Positions 9,902-20,623 of a stretch of 64,000 nucleotides of DNA are shown in pieces (position 1 is the first letter of the stretch; each line of letters starts with the position of its first letter). The translations under genes and the position numbers were made by a program. The DNA comes from an uncultured Methanosarcinales archaeon. GTDB lineage: Archaea; Nanobdellota; Nanobdellia; Woesearchaeales; DSVV01. The notes below the pieces were generated by a model, which had not been told where the DNA came from, searched no databases, and saw nothing but the letters and a program-made list of their open reading frames with translations. The stretch spans positions 30,111 to 94,110 of the forward strand of contig CAYLMH010000001.1 of the NCBI GenBank assembly GCA_964385055.1, in the 5' to 3' direction.

Positions 9902-11299
9902 ATGCTCGATGTGTTGTTAATTAATCCACCATATACAAAAAAAGGAGGAAATATTTGGAAAACCGTGGCAAGCTGTATGCCTCCTCGTTCTCTTGCAATT
10001 CTTGCAGCATGCTTTGAAAGAGATGGTAAGACAGTAAAAATTCTTGATACACATGCAGAACGACTTGCAGTGGATGACATGGAAGAATTTTTGCGCACGA
10101 ATTATGATAATCCTCGATTTATTGGTTTAACAGGGACAACAGTAACTATTCATCATGCATATGCTGTTGCACAATTATGCAAAAAACTCTGGCCAGAAAC
10201 AAAAATTGTTTTTGGGGGCTATCATGCATCATCAAAACCAGCAGAATGCATTCAGCAGCCATTCGTTGATTTTGTTGTTCGGGGAGATGGAGAAGAAGCG
10301 TTTTTGGAAATAGTCAATGGAGAGGATCCAACAAAGATAAAGAATCTCACATACCTCGATAAAAATAAGAAAGTAATTCATAATCCAGAAAGGGAAATGC
10401 CAAAGGATCTTGACATTTACCCTATTCCTTCGTATCATCTTCTTCCTCTGGACAAATATTTTCCTGCTGTTGGAGTGTACAAACGCCTTCCCGCAATTAG
10501 TGTAGTCACATCCAGAGGTTGCCCTGGAAAATGCACGTTTTGTTATCAGCCATATGGAACAAACCTACGATGGCATTCTGCAGAAAGAGTGTTTGAAGAG
10601 GTAAAACTATTGGTAACAAAATACGGATACAGAGAAATTTGTTTTTATGATGATAATTTTGCAACAAACAAAGCAAGAACAAGAAAGATCTGTGAACTTT
10701 TCCTTGGATCTGGATTAGATATTGTCTGGAGTTGTTTCTCACGAGTAGATTGGGCGGACGCAGAACTTCTCAAACTTATGAAAAAAGCAGGGTGCCATCA
10801 AGTCATGTTCGGCGCAGAGAGTGGCGATCAAGCAATGCTAGATGGAATGCGAAAACAAGTAACACTAGATAGAATCCGACAAGCAGTGAAGTGGACAAAG
10901 GATGCTGGTTTAGATTGTCGTGCAGCATTCCTCTTTGGAATGCCTGGCGAAACAGAAGAAACAATGAAGAAGACAATAGATTTTGCGCTTGAACTTGATC
11001 CAGATATTGCGCAATTTAATATTGCAACACCAAACCCAGGAACACAACTATACGACTGGGCAGAACAAAATGGGTATCTTGGAACGCAGCAATGGGAAGA
11101 CTATGACTGGGCTTCTCCTGTTTTAGTATTACCAACAGTTGATGCTGAACTCGTTAAAAAATATTACAAGCTTGCATATCGAAAGTTCTATATGCGACCG
11201 AGATACATAATAAAACGACTTGGAAAGCTTCGTTCTGTGGAAGATTTCAAAAATGCTGCACGAGCAATGCGAAGTGTTATTGATGTGACGTCACACTAA
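9902..11299 (+). CDS. Cobalamin-binding (class B) radical SAM protein (paralog)
   Basis: MLDVLLINPPY N-terminus and SRGCPGKCTFCYQ CxxxCxxC motif. The start was moved to the internal ATG at 9902, because the ORF N-extension overlaps the divergent gene. Confidence 0.85.
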   Translation: MLDVLLINPPYTKKGGNIWKTVASCMPPRSLAILAACFERDGKTVKILDTHAERLAVDDMEEFLRTNYDNPRFIGLTGTTVTIHHAYAVAQLCKKLWPETKIVFGGYHASSKPAECIQQPFVDFVVRGDGEEAFLEIVNGEDPTKIKNLTYLDKNKKVIHNPEREMPKDLDIYPIPSYHLLPLDKYFPAVGVYKRLPAISVVTSRGCPGKCTFCYQPYGTNLRWHSAERVFEEVKLLVTKYGYREICFYDDNFATNKARTRKICELFLGSGLDIVWSCFSRVDWADAELLKLMKKAGCHQVMFGAESGDQAMLDGMRKQVTLDRIRQAVKWTKDAGLDCRAAFLFGMPGETEETMKKTIDFALELDPDIAQFNIATPNPGTQLYDWAEQNGYLGTQQWEDYDWASPVLVLPTVDAELVKKYYKLAYRKFYMRPRYIIKRLGKLRSVEDFKNAARAMRSVIDVTSH

Positions 11300-11332
11300 T
11301 GAATAAAGCATAATCAATAACATAATCAGGAA

Positions 11333-13291
11333 TTAATCAATTCTATAAAGTTGAACGCGATTTTCTTCATAAAGCAATGTTGCATGAGTACGGAAAAGCG
11401 CAGAATACAAAGAAGTGATGTGTTGCCCATAGTAGGCATCGTAAAAGCCATAAGTATAATTGTATTGAGGGAAGAGTGTAATACGAATGTGAGTAATATT
11501 TTTTTCTTGAAAGTCCGCATATAACGCATCAGCAGAGTCTAATCCCCTATAATCAATATAGAGCATGTTATTCATCGGTTCTCCCCAAACATATGGTCGT
11601 TGGATATAATACCCACGAAGGTCATTTGCCAGGAGAATAACAGCATCATGAGGAAGGTTATTATTAATGTAATCATCAACAGGTGCGACAGACACACGCT
11701 GGTCACGGTAATAGTCAAGAGGCTCTTGAAATGTAAAGACAGGAAGAGCAGACCGATAAATCACAAAATAAGCAACAGGATTAGAGAGAAGGAGAAAAAA
11801 GAAAAAAACAAGAATAAAAGAACGGAATTTTGAGAAAGAAGAAAAACGAGAAGTAATATGCTGTATGGTTTGGGCAACAATGATAGAGAGAAGAAAAAAA
11901 CCAAAAAAGAGGAGTCTGTAAGAGTGCTGTGTTTTATACCATATCAAAAGGAGAAAGAAAAATGTAAGAAAGTAAAAAGAGAACTGCTTAATTAGAGAGA
12001 GAGAAAATGAATATTTTCTGGAAAGCATGAAATAGATCGCAAGAGGACAAAAGAGTAAAAAAATTGCACCAATCCCATAAATACTGCCAAAATAAGAAGG
12101 AGTGAAGGTCATGTAAAAAGGAAGGAGAAAAAAAGTGAGAGGGTTTGATTTATCAAACGTTGTGTTGACAAAATAATCATTCCAGGCAAGCATGAGCTCT
12201 GGATTTGTTCCAAGAGAATTGGTGAACAGAGAAGTTAAAAAAGGCCAAACGGGATTATGCGTGTAATAAAAATTTTTGAGATACTGAGGAAGAAAGAAGA
12301 GAGAAGAGAGACAAAGACCAACAAAAACAAGAAATAAAAAAGAGGAAGTACTTTTCTTCTCAGTTTTATTTAAGAAAAAGTAAAGAAGGAGAACAAGAAG
12401 CGTAAAGAAGACAGTAAATAAACCAGTGTATTTTATACCTGCAGTAATCCCACTAAAAATAAATGCAAGAAGGATAAAAGATGATGTGGACTTTCTTTGA
12501 GGGGGAGTAAAGAAGAGAAGAAAGACAAAGAAAAAAGCAAAGAACTGATATGCCATAGTAATAATATCAATGTTAGGGTTAGTGATAAAAATGCTTATTT
12601 CTGGGAGTGTGTAAAGAATAATGAGAGAGTAAAGTGCAACAAGAGAGCCATAAAAGTATCGAACAAAGGAATAAAGTCCGAGAAACAAGGCATGGTGAAA
12701 CGAAAAAAGAATGAACGAAACAAAAAAGGATCCTAACGTAAAATCAAAGAGAAAACCAATTCCAAAGAGAACTTCTGCTAATTGAGGAAACTGCGCATGA
12801 AAGATGAAAGATGGTGGCGCTGTTGAATGTGTTGTTGCGTACCATTGCGCAAGAGGAAGGTGATACGCAAGCGCGTCCCATTCACTAAACGGGAAGAAAG
12901 TTAGAATTGTATTAAAGAAAAAAAAGAGTGCAAAAAGCAGCCAAATAAGAAGAGAATAACGAAAAGGAGTAAAAGAAGGAAAGTGAAAAGAGCGGGCGAA
13001 AGACATGAAGAAGGAAATCAATGAAAACATATCATGATATGATAGAACTAAAAAAAGAAGCAGAAGAAGGAAAAGAGCATATAAAGAGAAGAAAGAGAAA
13101 AGGCCTAAAAGAAATAAGAAAAGCATGAAGAAAGCATAACCTAAAAAGAATGAAGTGATAAAAAAGAATAAAGGAGAGAAGAGAGAAACACGGAATTGTC
13201 GCAGAATGAAGGATCCAAAAGAAGTAACAATAAGACTAATAATAAAGAAGAGAAGAAAAGCAAAAATAAAAGAGAGAACACCGGGCATCAT
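11333..13291 (-). CDS. Large polytopic membrane protein with a C-terminal soluble domain (GT-C-like candidate, family B)
   Basis: Extremely hydrophobic N-terminal ~450 aa with an FSEWDALAYHLPLAQWY loop motif. The C-terminal domain resembles that of 16904-18685 (YRGLDSADALY..ITHIRITL vs YGLDEISSNLT..FRWVVLY). Confidence 0.5.
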   Translation of the reverse strand: MMPGVLSFIFAFLLFFIISLIVTSFGSFILRQFRVSLFSPLFFFITSFFLGYAFFMLFLFLLGLFSFFSLYALFLLLLLFLVLSYHDMFSLISFFMSFARSFHFPSFTPFRYSLLIWLLFALFFFFNTILTFFPFSEWDALAYHLPLAQWYATTHSTAPPSFIFHAQFPQLAEVLFGIGFLFDFTLGSFFVSFILFSFHHALFLGLYSFVRYFYGSLVALYSLIILYTLPEISIFITNPNIDIITMAYQFFAFFFVFLLFFTPPQRKSTSSFILLAFIFSGITAGIKYTGLFTVFFTLLVLLLYFFLNKTEKKSTSSFLFLVFVGLCLSSLFFLPQYLKNFYYTHNPVWPFLTSLFTNSLGTNPELMLAWNDYFVNTTFDKSNPLTFFLLPFYMTFTPSYFGSIYGIGAIFLLFCPLAIYFMLSRKYSFSLSLIKQFSFYFLTFFFLLLIWYKTQHSYRLLFFGFFLLSIIVAQTIQHITSRFSSFSKFRSFILVFFFFLLLSNPVAYFVIYRSALPVFTFQEPLDYYRDQRVSVAPVDDYINNNLPHDAVILLANDLRGYYIQRPYVWGEPMNNMLYIDYRGLDSADALYADFQEKNITHIRITLFPQYNYTYGFYDAYYGQHITSLYSALFRTHATLLYEENRVQLYRID

Positions 13292-13486
13292 AAAACATAC
13301 CCTTTAATCTGAATAAAGAGAGAAAAATAATAACAAATAGTGATCACAAGAAGCCAAAGAGTAATGAGCACTAAAAGCCATTTCATAAGAGGAAAGAAAG
13401 GAAGAACCATTTATATTGTTTACGACGACAGTATAAGTGGAAGAACGTAAAGAGCGTAATGCTTCACAAGCTATTTAAAAGAAACA

Positions 13487-14527
13487 ATGCTTTTTCAAGA
13501 AATGCAAGAGATTGGTTTCATTTACAAAAACAAATGCCATCCTGTGACACAAACCTATGCAAACGCAATAAATGCAATACCATACAGAATAACAGGACCA
13601 ATAAACGCAATCTGGCAAGGACTCACCACCCCAACACACAAGTGGTATTTTGTTGAATCAGTGATGTCCATGCTTCTTCCCATCACAAAAAGAATACTGG
13701 GGAACAAGATCACGATCATTTTCAGAGGTAATGATGGATTGTTTGGAGAAACAGAAACAACAGCATATCTTGCGACAAAAAATCCAATAAAAAAACACAT
13801 CCTCCTCTTTCTCATAAAACACATGAATGGAGTGAGTGTCGAGGCAGAACCGCAAAAAGCAGAAGTCGCGCAATGGACAAAAGTGCCCGTGGAAGTTTGT
13901 GAATCCTACATAGAGAACAAATGCATGCTTGAAAAAATAAAGCCAAATCTCAAAACAAACACTTTTCTGTTTATTGGTGCGTACAGACCTCCATATGATC
14001 ACAAAGGAATAGAACAGCTTATCAAGCTCTTCAACAACGAAGAAATACAAAAATACAACCTCATCATCATTGGCAAAGGCACACAAAAACTCAAAGCACG
14101 AGCAAAAGAAAACATCCAAATTCTTGATTTCGTAGAAAACAAAGATGAATATTACAAACAAGCAACATATTACATCCATCTCCCAAAGTATGAAGCAGGA
14201 CCAATCACGCTTTTAGAAGCAATGACTGCAGGACTTATAATTATAACAAATAGAAATGCAGGACACCATAATATTGTAGAAAAAGTAAAGAAAAAACTGG
14301 TTTTAAGAAAGGATGCATCACAAGAGGAGAGAATAGAAGGAATAAAAGAAATAGTGAGCATACCTATAAAAGAGAAGCAGAAAATGACTGAAACATTTAA
14401 AAAGTGCGGAGCGTCCCATTATAACAAAGCAGAAATGACAGAGAAGTTTGTTCAAACATGGAAGAGTATAGTGAAAAAGAGTGAAGAGAAAGGGGAAACA
14501 AATGACAACAGAAAAACAACGAATTAG
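13487..14527 (+). CDS. GT4 (GT-B fold, glycosyl transferase group 1) glycosyltransferase
   Basis: The C-terminal domain has an E-x7-E motif (YEAGPITLLEAMTAG), LIIIGKG and FLFIGAYRPPYDHKGIEQL. The start is uncertain, and the 3' end overlaps the next gene by ~25 nt. Confidence 0.6.
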   Translation: MLFQEMQEIGFIYKNKCHPVTQTYANAINAIPYRITGPINAIWQGLTTPTHKWYFVESVMSMLLPITKRILGNKITIIFRGNDGLFGETETTAYLATKNPIKKHILLFLIKHMNGVSVEAEPQKAEVAQWTKVPVEVCESYIENKCMLEKIKPNLKTNTFLFIGAYRPPYDHKGIEQLIKLFNNEEIQKYNLIIIGKGTQKLKARAKENIQILDFVENKDEYYKQATYYIHLPKYEAGPITLLEAMTAGLIIITNRNAGHHNIVEKVKKKLVLRKDASQEERIEGIKEIVSIPIKEKQKMTETFKKCGASHYNKAEMTEKFVQTWKSIVKKSEEKGETNDNRKTTN

Positions 14528-15779
14528 TGTTATAGGTATTGGAAGAGTAGGACTTCCATTAGCGCTCGCATTTGCAGAAAAAGACTTTTTTGTTCATGGC
14601 GTTGATGTGGATAAAAACAAAGTCTTGTTTGTCAACAGCGGAAAAATGCCCTTTATTGAAGAAGGAGCAGATGCGCTTTTAACAAAGCATATAGGTGTTA
14701 ATTTTATCGCGACAACAGATTTCCAGTTCGCGACAGAGAATTCTGACATCATTGTATTAACATTAGGAACACCAGTGGATGAACACTTAAACCCGATCTT
14801 CACGCAGATTGAAGCAGTGATCCGAAATATTGTCCATAGCTTGCATGAAGGGCAGATGATTGTGTTGCGAAGTACTGTTTCCCCTGGAACAACAGAATAT
14901 ATTAAACGATATATCGAGGCGAATACAAACCTCAAAGTAGGAGTAAACATCTTCTTAGGATTTTGTCCAGAAAGAATTGCAGAAGGAAAATCATTGGAAG
15001 AAATTCCACTAATCCCGCAGATAATCGGAACGCTGGACAGAGAAAGCGCAGAACGAGCAGAACAACTATTCAAGAAACTCACCCCACAAGTGATGCACAC
15101 CGATGCGCGATCCGCTGAGCTTGCAAAGTTATACTGCAATATGTACCGCTACATCAATTTCGCGATTGCGAATGAATTTATGATGATCGCAGAGCAGCAT
15201 GGCAGAGATGTGTATGAAATAATTAACCTCGTCAACAAAGATTACAAGCGAGGAGGACTGAAAAGCCCAGGATTTACTGCTGGTCCATGCCTCTATAAAG
15301 ACGGATTTTTCTTAGTGAGTAAAACACCGTTTGCAGAATTGATTACTACAGCATGGAAAATAAATGAGAGTGTTCCATCCTATTTGATTGAAGAGATCAA
15401 GAAACAAACAAATCTCATCAACAAAAAAGTAGCGATTCTTGGACTTGCGTTCAAGAAAAACATTGATGACAATAGAAATTCATTATCGTATAAAGCAAAG
15501 AAGATTTTCCTCGCAGAAGGAGCAAAAGTTGCGATGCACGATCCGTTTATTGAACCAGGAGATTTGAATAAAGTCTTGAAAGACGCAGATATTGTGATGA
15601 TCGCGATGGATCATGACGTGTACAAGAAGCTCACGTTGGAAAAGATTGGCGAACAAACCAATAAAGAAACAATGGTCTGCGATATCTGGAACATCTTTGG
15701 CACAGGAAAAGTCTTCAATAAGTTGAAGAAACCAAGCGCAGAAGAGTTGTTGGAAGAGAGTAATAATAATGAGATATAA
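14502..15779 (+). CDS. Nucleotide-sugar dehydrogenase (UDP-glucose/GDP-mannose dehydrogenase family; UDP-ManNAcA/WecC-like)
   Basis: ISVIGIGRVGLPLALAFA N-terminal NAD-binding domain, a catalytic-Cys region (GFTAGPCLYKD) and a C-terminal UDP-binding domain. ATG at 14502. Confidence 0.85.
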   Translation: MTTEKQRISVIGIGRVGLPLALAFAEKDFFVHGVDVDKNKVLFVNSGKMPFIEEGADALLTKHIGVNFIATTDFQFATENSDIIVLTLGTPVDEHLNPIFTQIEAVIRNIVHSLHEGQMIVLRSTVSPGTTEYIKRYIEANTNLKVGVNIFLGFCPERIAEGKSLEEIPLIPQIIGTLDRESAERAEQLFKKLTPQVMHTDARSAELAKLYCNMYRYINFAIANEFMMIAEQHGRDVYEIINLVNKDYKRGGLKSPGFTAGPCLYKDGFFLVSKTPFAELITTAWKINESVPSYLIEEIKKQTNLINKKVAILGLAFKKNIDDNRNSLSYKAKKIFLAEGAKVAMHDPFIEPGDLNKVLKDADIVMIAMDHDVYKKLTLEKIGEQTNKETMVCDIWNIFGTGKVFNKLKKPSAEELLEESNNNEI

Positions 15780-15814
15780 TTACTTTTATTTTAGTGAATA
15801 TGAAACCTATCTAT

Positions 15815-16198
15815 TCACAAAAGACCATCTTGAATAAGTTTTGGAATAAGGGAAAGACGAATACCTGTAGTAAGTTCCGGTAATTCTTTTTGAGAAAACC
15901 AACCTAACTTTGTAATTTCTTGTGAGGGTATTGGATTACCAGTATACTCAACAAAATAACAATGAACATGCTGTTTCTTGTGAAGGAAGTCATGAAGGAT
16001 GACATAAGAAAAATAAGGAGAAAAAGAAGTCAAAGAAAGATTTAACTCCTCTTGTAATTCCCTTTTCATCGTCTCTTGATGCGATTCTCCGTTCTCAACT
16101 TTTCCACCAGGAGTCCAAAATAAAGAATGCTTCTCATTACCCACTAAAAGAATTTTTTTATTGTGAGTAATTACAGCAGCCACTCGGTCAGGAAGCAT
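15815..16198 (-). CDS. NUDIX hydrolase
   Basis: Nudix box GGKVENGESHQETMKRELQEELNL (GX5EX7REUXEEXGU). Confidence 0.8.
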   Translation of the reverse strand: MLPDRVAAVITHNKKILLVGNEKHSLFWTPGGKVENGESHQETMKRELQEELNLSLTSFSPYFSYVILHDFLHKKQHVHCYFVEYTGNPIPSQEITKLGWFSQKELPELTTGIRLSLIPKLIQDGLL

Positions 16199-16202
16199 AG
16201 CA

Positions 16203-16904
16203 TCAGAGCCTCCATCTCAATCTGAGGACATACGGCAGCATCTTCAATTCTCGCCGAAAATTAAAACTGCTCTGTTTGCCAAAGTTCCATGCGACAGAAA
16301 ACTCATCTATTGTATAACCCAATTTCTGCGCGCGAACAAGTAATTCCACATCCCAGAACCAGCCGCGAACAAACGTCTCATCATACCCCATCGCATAAAG
16401 AAGAACAAGCAATTTCTCTTTGCGAAATGCCTTAAATCCGCATTGATGATCCGCAAGAGTAGAACCAAAATACACGCGCATAAACCAGTTATAGACAACG
16501 CTGATAATCTTGCGACCAAACTCCCGTTTTGCGCGAACTCCCTTATACCTGCTGCCAATCGCAATGTCGTTTCCTTGTTCAATGCTAGAAATAAGACGAG
16601 GTAATGCAGCAAGATCAGCAGAAAGATCAAGATCCATGAACGCAATAATGTCTCCTTTTGCGCTATAAAATGCCTTACCCAAATTCTCTCGCCTACTTGG
16701 TCCATTAGAAAAGTACAAATGTTTTATTTCTTTATGTTTCTCTATGAGTTTTTTTGCAATTACGGCAGTTGCGTCTGTGCTTCCATCATCCACAATAACA
16801 AGTTCAAACGGTTTTTTCAACAAAAGAAGCGCGTGATAAATGAGCAGAATATTTTTCTCAAGGCGTTGTTCTTCGTTGTAGCAGGGAATAAAAACAGAGA
16901 GCAT
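16203..16904 (-). CDS. GT2 glycosyltransferase
   Basis: MLSVFIPCYNEEQRLEKNI..LVIVDDGSTD..DLDLS are GT2 signatures. Confidence 0.85.
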   Translation of the reverse strand: MLSVFIPCYNEEQRLEKNILLIYHALLLLKKPFELVIVDDGSTDATAVIAKKLIEKHKEIKHLYFSNGPSRRENLGKAFYSAKGDIIAFMDLDLSADLAALPRLISSIEQGNDIAIGSRYKGVRAKREFGRKIISVVYNWFMRVYFGSTLADHQCGFKAFRKEKLLVLLYAMGYDETFVRGWFWDVELLVRAQKLGYTIDEFSVAWNFGKQSSFNFRRELKMLPYVLRLRWRL

Positions 16905-18685
16905 TATGAAGTCCCCCCATCAAGTGCGTAAAATTCAACAATACCTGCGCTGTTCGTATACGTCGTTGCGAGATAAGGAGTTTTATTAACTAAGAATGCA
17001 TCAACATCAAAAACACCGCCTTTTTCCAAAACAAAGTAATATGGAGCAAGCTGATCTCCTTCAGGGATGAGACCAATTTGTTGAATCTCATAATTCTGCT
17101 GAATATATTCCCAGACATCTGGTTTAGACTGCACTGTTCCAATACCTGGTCCATACAAAACAACCCAGCGGAATTGAAGTGTATTCTCCATTTCCTGAAC
17201 CCATGTAAGATTCGAAGAAATTTCATCTAAGCCATAGCGATGCGCGTGCCAGAGAAGACCACTGGATTGAGCAAAAACACCGTCAATAAAGACACGATCT
17301 TCAGGATCGCTATTTCTATAAATATAATCTCCTGCAACATCTTGACCATAGTAAATGACATCAAAAACTCGTCCAGTTGCTTCAGTAAGATCTGCAAAAG
17401 AGAGGAAAAGTAGCACTGCAAACAAAACAAAAACAACCTTTCCACGAACAAGTTTTTCATGAAAGGAATATTTTTTTGTGTATGATTCTAAAATATGTGC
17501 GAGAACAAAAAGAGCATACGCGCTTCCAAGGCAAACAAACGGAAGAAAAACCATTTGGTAATATGCGTGACCACGGAATTTATCCGCAAAAAAGAGGATA
17601 TAAAGAAGCAAGGAGAAAAAACTTCCAATAAGAAATAAACCCGTGGTTGTTTTATGTTTTAAAAGACCAAAGACAACAGCAAGAACAGTAAGCCAGAAGA
17701 ACCATACAGTAAAATTGTCAAGAACAAAAGAACGAATGCCTGAATAATGCTCGTTCCAGTAAGAGAAAGTAAATGTTCGTATAATATTGTCACGAACTTC
17801 AGCAAAACTTTCACTGAATCCGCCAGTTCCCACTGTTGTGGCTCCAGGCATTGTCCATTGAGAAAATTTCACCCAGATTGGAAAAATAGCCATAAGCAAA
17901 AAGAAGAGCAATGCAAGCATGCAAAGATATTTTTTTCGCAGAAGAAGATTTTTGTAAGGAACTAAAAAAAGGAGAGGAACTAAGCCGATCCCGTTAGGAA
18001 TTTTAAGAAGGATCGCGATAAGAAAACTCAGAGAAAAATAAAAGAATTTTGTATAATAATACACAGAAGCAAGCACATCATCACGCCAGCATAAAAACCA
18101 GTATGTGCCAAGAAGAATAAAGAAAACAGCGGGCGCTTCTGGCTGGACGTTTCTTCCAAAGAAAACACTAATAGGCATAATAGTGAAAAAAAAACACGCG
18201 ATGAGTGCCAAAGAATGATTATCTGTAAGTTTTTTGCCAACAAGGTAAAGCAGCGGAATACATGCAAGAGAGAAAAGAATGATGACAAACCGTGCTGCCC
18301 AGAGTTTTACGCCAAAAACCCACCATAATGGTAAAATGATCCAAGAAAGCAAAGGAAACTCATACTGCGTAAAATACCCTCGTTGTTGACTTCCAGCAAG
18401 ATACGTCTCAGTCCTAAAATAATCAAGAACTTCATCTGCGTTATACATAAATTCAGTGTAAGGAATATACTGCGCCTCTTTCATATTATGGTATCCGATA
18501 ACAGGAAAATCCATGTGGTAGGAACGAAGATAAAAACCAAAGAGCATGAAAGCGAGTAAAAGAACAACATGTGGTTTCGCTTTGCAAAAAGTAAGAATTT
18601 TAGAGAGATCAAAGGTGATTTCTTGTGCTTTTGAGTTGCTTTCTACTTGACTCTGCTGCGCTTCTACCATAAAGGAAGAGGGCAC
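16904..18685 (-). CDS. GT-C glycosyltransferase, ArnT/PMT (GT39/GT83)-like polytopic membrane protein
   Basis: ACIPLLYLVGKKLTDNHSLALIACFFFTIMPISVFFGRNVQPEAPAVFFILLGTYWF matches the PMT_2/ArnT conserved loop-TM region (..PLLYLIGKRLFG..ALSP..V.YSR....E.P...F..L..Y.F). An N-terminal acidic DEVLDYF loop is also present. Confidence 0.6.
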   Translation of the reverse strand: MPSSFMVEAQQSQVESNSKAQEITFDLSKILTFCKAKPHVVLLLAFMLFGFYLRSYHMDFPVIGYHNMKEAQYIPYTEFMYNADEVLDYFRTETYLAGSQQRGYFTQYEFPLLSWIILPLWWVFGVKLWAARFVIILFSLACIPLLYLVGKKLTDNHSLALIACFFFTIMPISVFFGRNVQPEAPAVFFILLGTYWFLCWRDDVLASVYYYTKFFYFSLSFLIAILLKIPNGIGLVPLLFLVPYKNLLLRKKYLCMLALLFFLLMAIFPIWVKFSQWTMPGATTVGTGGFSESFAEVRDNIIRTFTFSYWNEHYSGIRSFVLDNFTVWFFWLTVLAVVFGLLKHKTTTGLFLIGSFFSLLLYILFFADKFRGHAYYQMVFLPFVCLGSAYALFVLAHILESYTKKYSFHEKLVRGKVVFVLFAVLLFLSFADLTEATGRVFDVIYYGQDVAGDYIYRNSDPEDRVFIDGVFAQSSGLLWHAHRYGLDEISSNLTWVQEMENTLQFRWVVLYGPGIGTVQSKPDVWEYIQQNYEIQQIGLIPEGDQLAPYYFVLEKGGVFDVDAFLVNKTPYLATTYTNSAGIVEFYALDGGTS

Positions 18686-18703
18686 GGACTTTGTTTTTAT
18701 ATC

Positions 18704-20527
18704 TTATGGATGAAACGAAGAGTTTCCGAAGAAGTCCAAACTAAAAGAAGAGATATCCTGACAGGCAGGAAAATTCATTCCATTCTCTTGAAGCACAACG
18801 CGAGCAGTTTCTGCTTGCTCCCAACTCAAGAGACAGAGTTCATCATAATGAGTAAAATAATAGAGAGAAAGTTCTTCCTTGAAAGCTGCGCACTGATCAG
18901 GATCACTGAAAAAGATATACAAAACAGGTTTGTCCCTGTTTTCCAAGAAGGGAACAGCAACAGAGCAGTGAGAGATACCAGATGCTTGAGAGAAGTTGAA
19001 AAGATCATAGAGATTAGAATAGGGGAAAGAATTGTCAGATGCATCAAAGGGGAAAAAACGAACAAGAGCAACATCATATTGTTTTGTGTTAATAACATCA
19101 TAAAAAAGAGCAGCATGTTCAGGTAAGGGAACATAATGATATTTAAAATACGAATCTAAAAGAAGAGGGTTTGCAAAGTCATTGGTTACAACAGTGATTT
19201 CATAATCAGAGAGAGAATCTTTGTAAAATGTTGTCGACACGTTAAGACCAATAGTATAAACTATCCGTGGGCTAGAAGTAGTATCCCATTCCAAAAAGAT
19301 AGGATTAAGAAGATAAAATATCTTATCATCAAGAGAAAAATAGGGAAAGTCATGCTGTAAGCTCAGACTATTAGGTTTTCGTTCTAGAAGAAACACGCCA
19401 TCCACAGAAGAAAGATAATCAGCACCTGCACGAAGAGTAATTCGCGATGAAGCAACAGAAAGTTGATCTTGGTAAAAGTGAAGAAGGAAAGGCGTTATGA
19501 AAAGAAGACCAATAAAGAGCAGAGCAACTCGATGTTTTCGTGGCAGAGAAAAATAATAAAGAAAGATGCATATCAGGAACAAAAAGTAAAAGGGAAGAAA
19601 ATAAACTGCGAGAGATAGTTCCTCTCTACCTGTTTGGCGTAAAAAGACAAGAACAAGAATAAGAAAAGGAAAAGAGAGAAGAAAAGAAAAGAGATTTCTG
19701 GATTTATAAAAGAAAAAGAAACCAAAAGCGATCATGAAGACAAGCATGAAAAAGAAGAGGTTATGATGAGAAAAAATGTTAAATCCTGAAAAAAAAGTAA
19801 ACAATGCTTGAGAAGTTGTTCCTTTAGGATAGATCGTATGAGCAAGAGAAACATAAACAAAGAATTTTGGAAATAAGATGTAGAGAAAAGCAACAGAAGA
19901 GAAAGAAACAAGAAAAATAGTTTTTACATTCGAAACAAGCTGCTCTCTGTTCATAAAAAGATAATAAAATAAGAGAAACACTGCAGGAACAAGGAGAAGA
20001 TATTTAGTAAAAACCGCGAGAAAAAGAAGGAAAGAAGAGAGAGCAATTTTATACCTATGCGAGGTATAAACTAGAAGATAAAGTGCAAGGAAAAAAAAGA
20101 AACACGCAAGAGTAATATCAAAAACAGGTAAGAAAGGATAGTAAATAAAAAACATATAGACAAAAAGCAAACGAAAGAAAGTCTTTACATCCGTTTCTCT
20201 AAAAATAAATGTACGTATCAAAAAGAATAAAGCGGTGTGAAGAAAAACTGCGAAGAGCGTAAGACCTGAATAAAGAGAATTACCCAGAAAAGAGTAAAAA
20301 ACATACACGATATAGAAAAGAACTGGCCCTTGTTCGCAATAAGGCTGTCCTTCATAAAGAGTTCCTTGAGAAATGTAATCCATACAAACAAACCAACGAT
20401 CGCGAAATAACTCTCCTTGAAGATTTGGAAAATGAAGTGCTGCAAGAATAAAGAAAACAAGAAAACAGAAAGAAAAGAGAAAGAAAGGACGTTTCTGAAA
20501 TAAGAGAAGGGTTTCCCGTAATTGCAT
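18704..20527 (-). CDS. Large polytopic membrane protein, family A paralog (GT-C-like candidate)
   Basis: Motif FVCMDYISQGTLYEGQPYCEQGPVLFYIVYV, at least 10 TM segments and a ~250-aa C-terminal soluble domain. Confidence 0.6.
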   Translation of the reverse strand: MQLRETLLLFQKRPFFLFSFCFLVFFILAALHFPNLQGELFRDRWFVCMDYISQGTLYEGQPYCEQGPVLFYIVYVFYSFLGNSLYSGLTLFAVFLHTALFFLIRTFIFRETDVKTFFRLLFVYMFFIYYPFLPVFDITLACFFFFLALYLLVYTSHRYKIALSSFLLFLAVFTKYLLLVPAVFLLFYYLFMNREQLVSNVKTIFLVSFSSVAFLYILFPKFFVYVSLAHTIYPKGTTSQALFTFFSGFNIFSHHNLFFFMLVFMIAFGFFFFYKSRNLFSFLLSFPFLILVLVFLRQTGREELSLAVYFLPFYFLFLICIFLYYFSLPRKHRVALLFIGLLFITPFLLHFYQDQLSVASSRITLRAGADYLSSVDGVFLLERKPNSLSLQHDFPYFSLDDKIFYLLNPIFLEWDTTSSPRIVYTIGLNVSTTFYKDSLSDYEITVVTNDFANPLLLDSYFKYHYVPLPEHAALFYDVINTKQYDVALVRFFPFDASDNSFPYSNLYDLFNFSQASGISHCSVAVPFLENRDKPVLYIFFSDPDQCAAFKEELSLYYFTHYDELCLLSWEQAETARVVLQENGMNFPACQDISSFSLDFFGNSSFHP

Positions 20528-20623
20528 AAAAATGAGAGTTGAGCGGGATAAATATAGTTTTCGATCAAAACAGATGAAAAAGCTTTATAAACCAGACGAG
20601 AATTACTGACAAAGAGGATAAAA

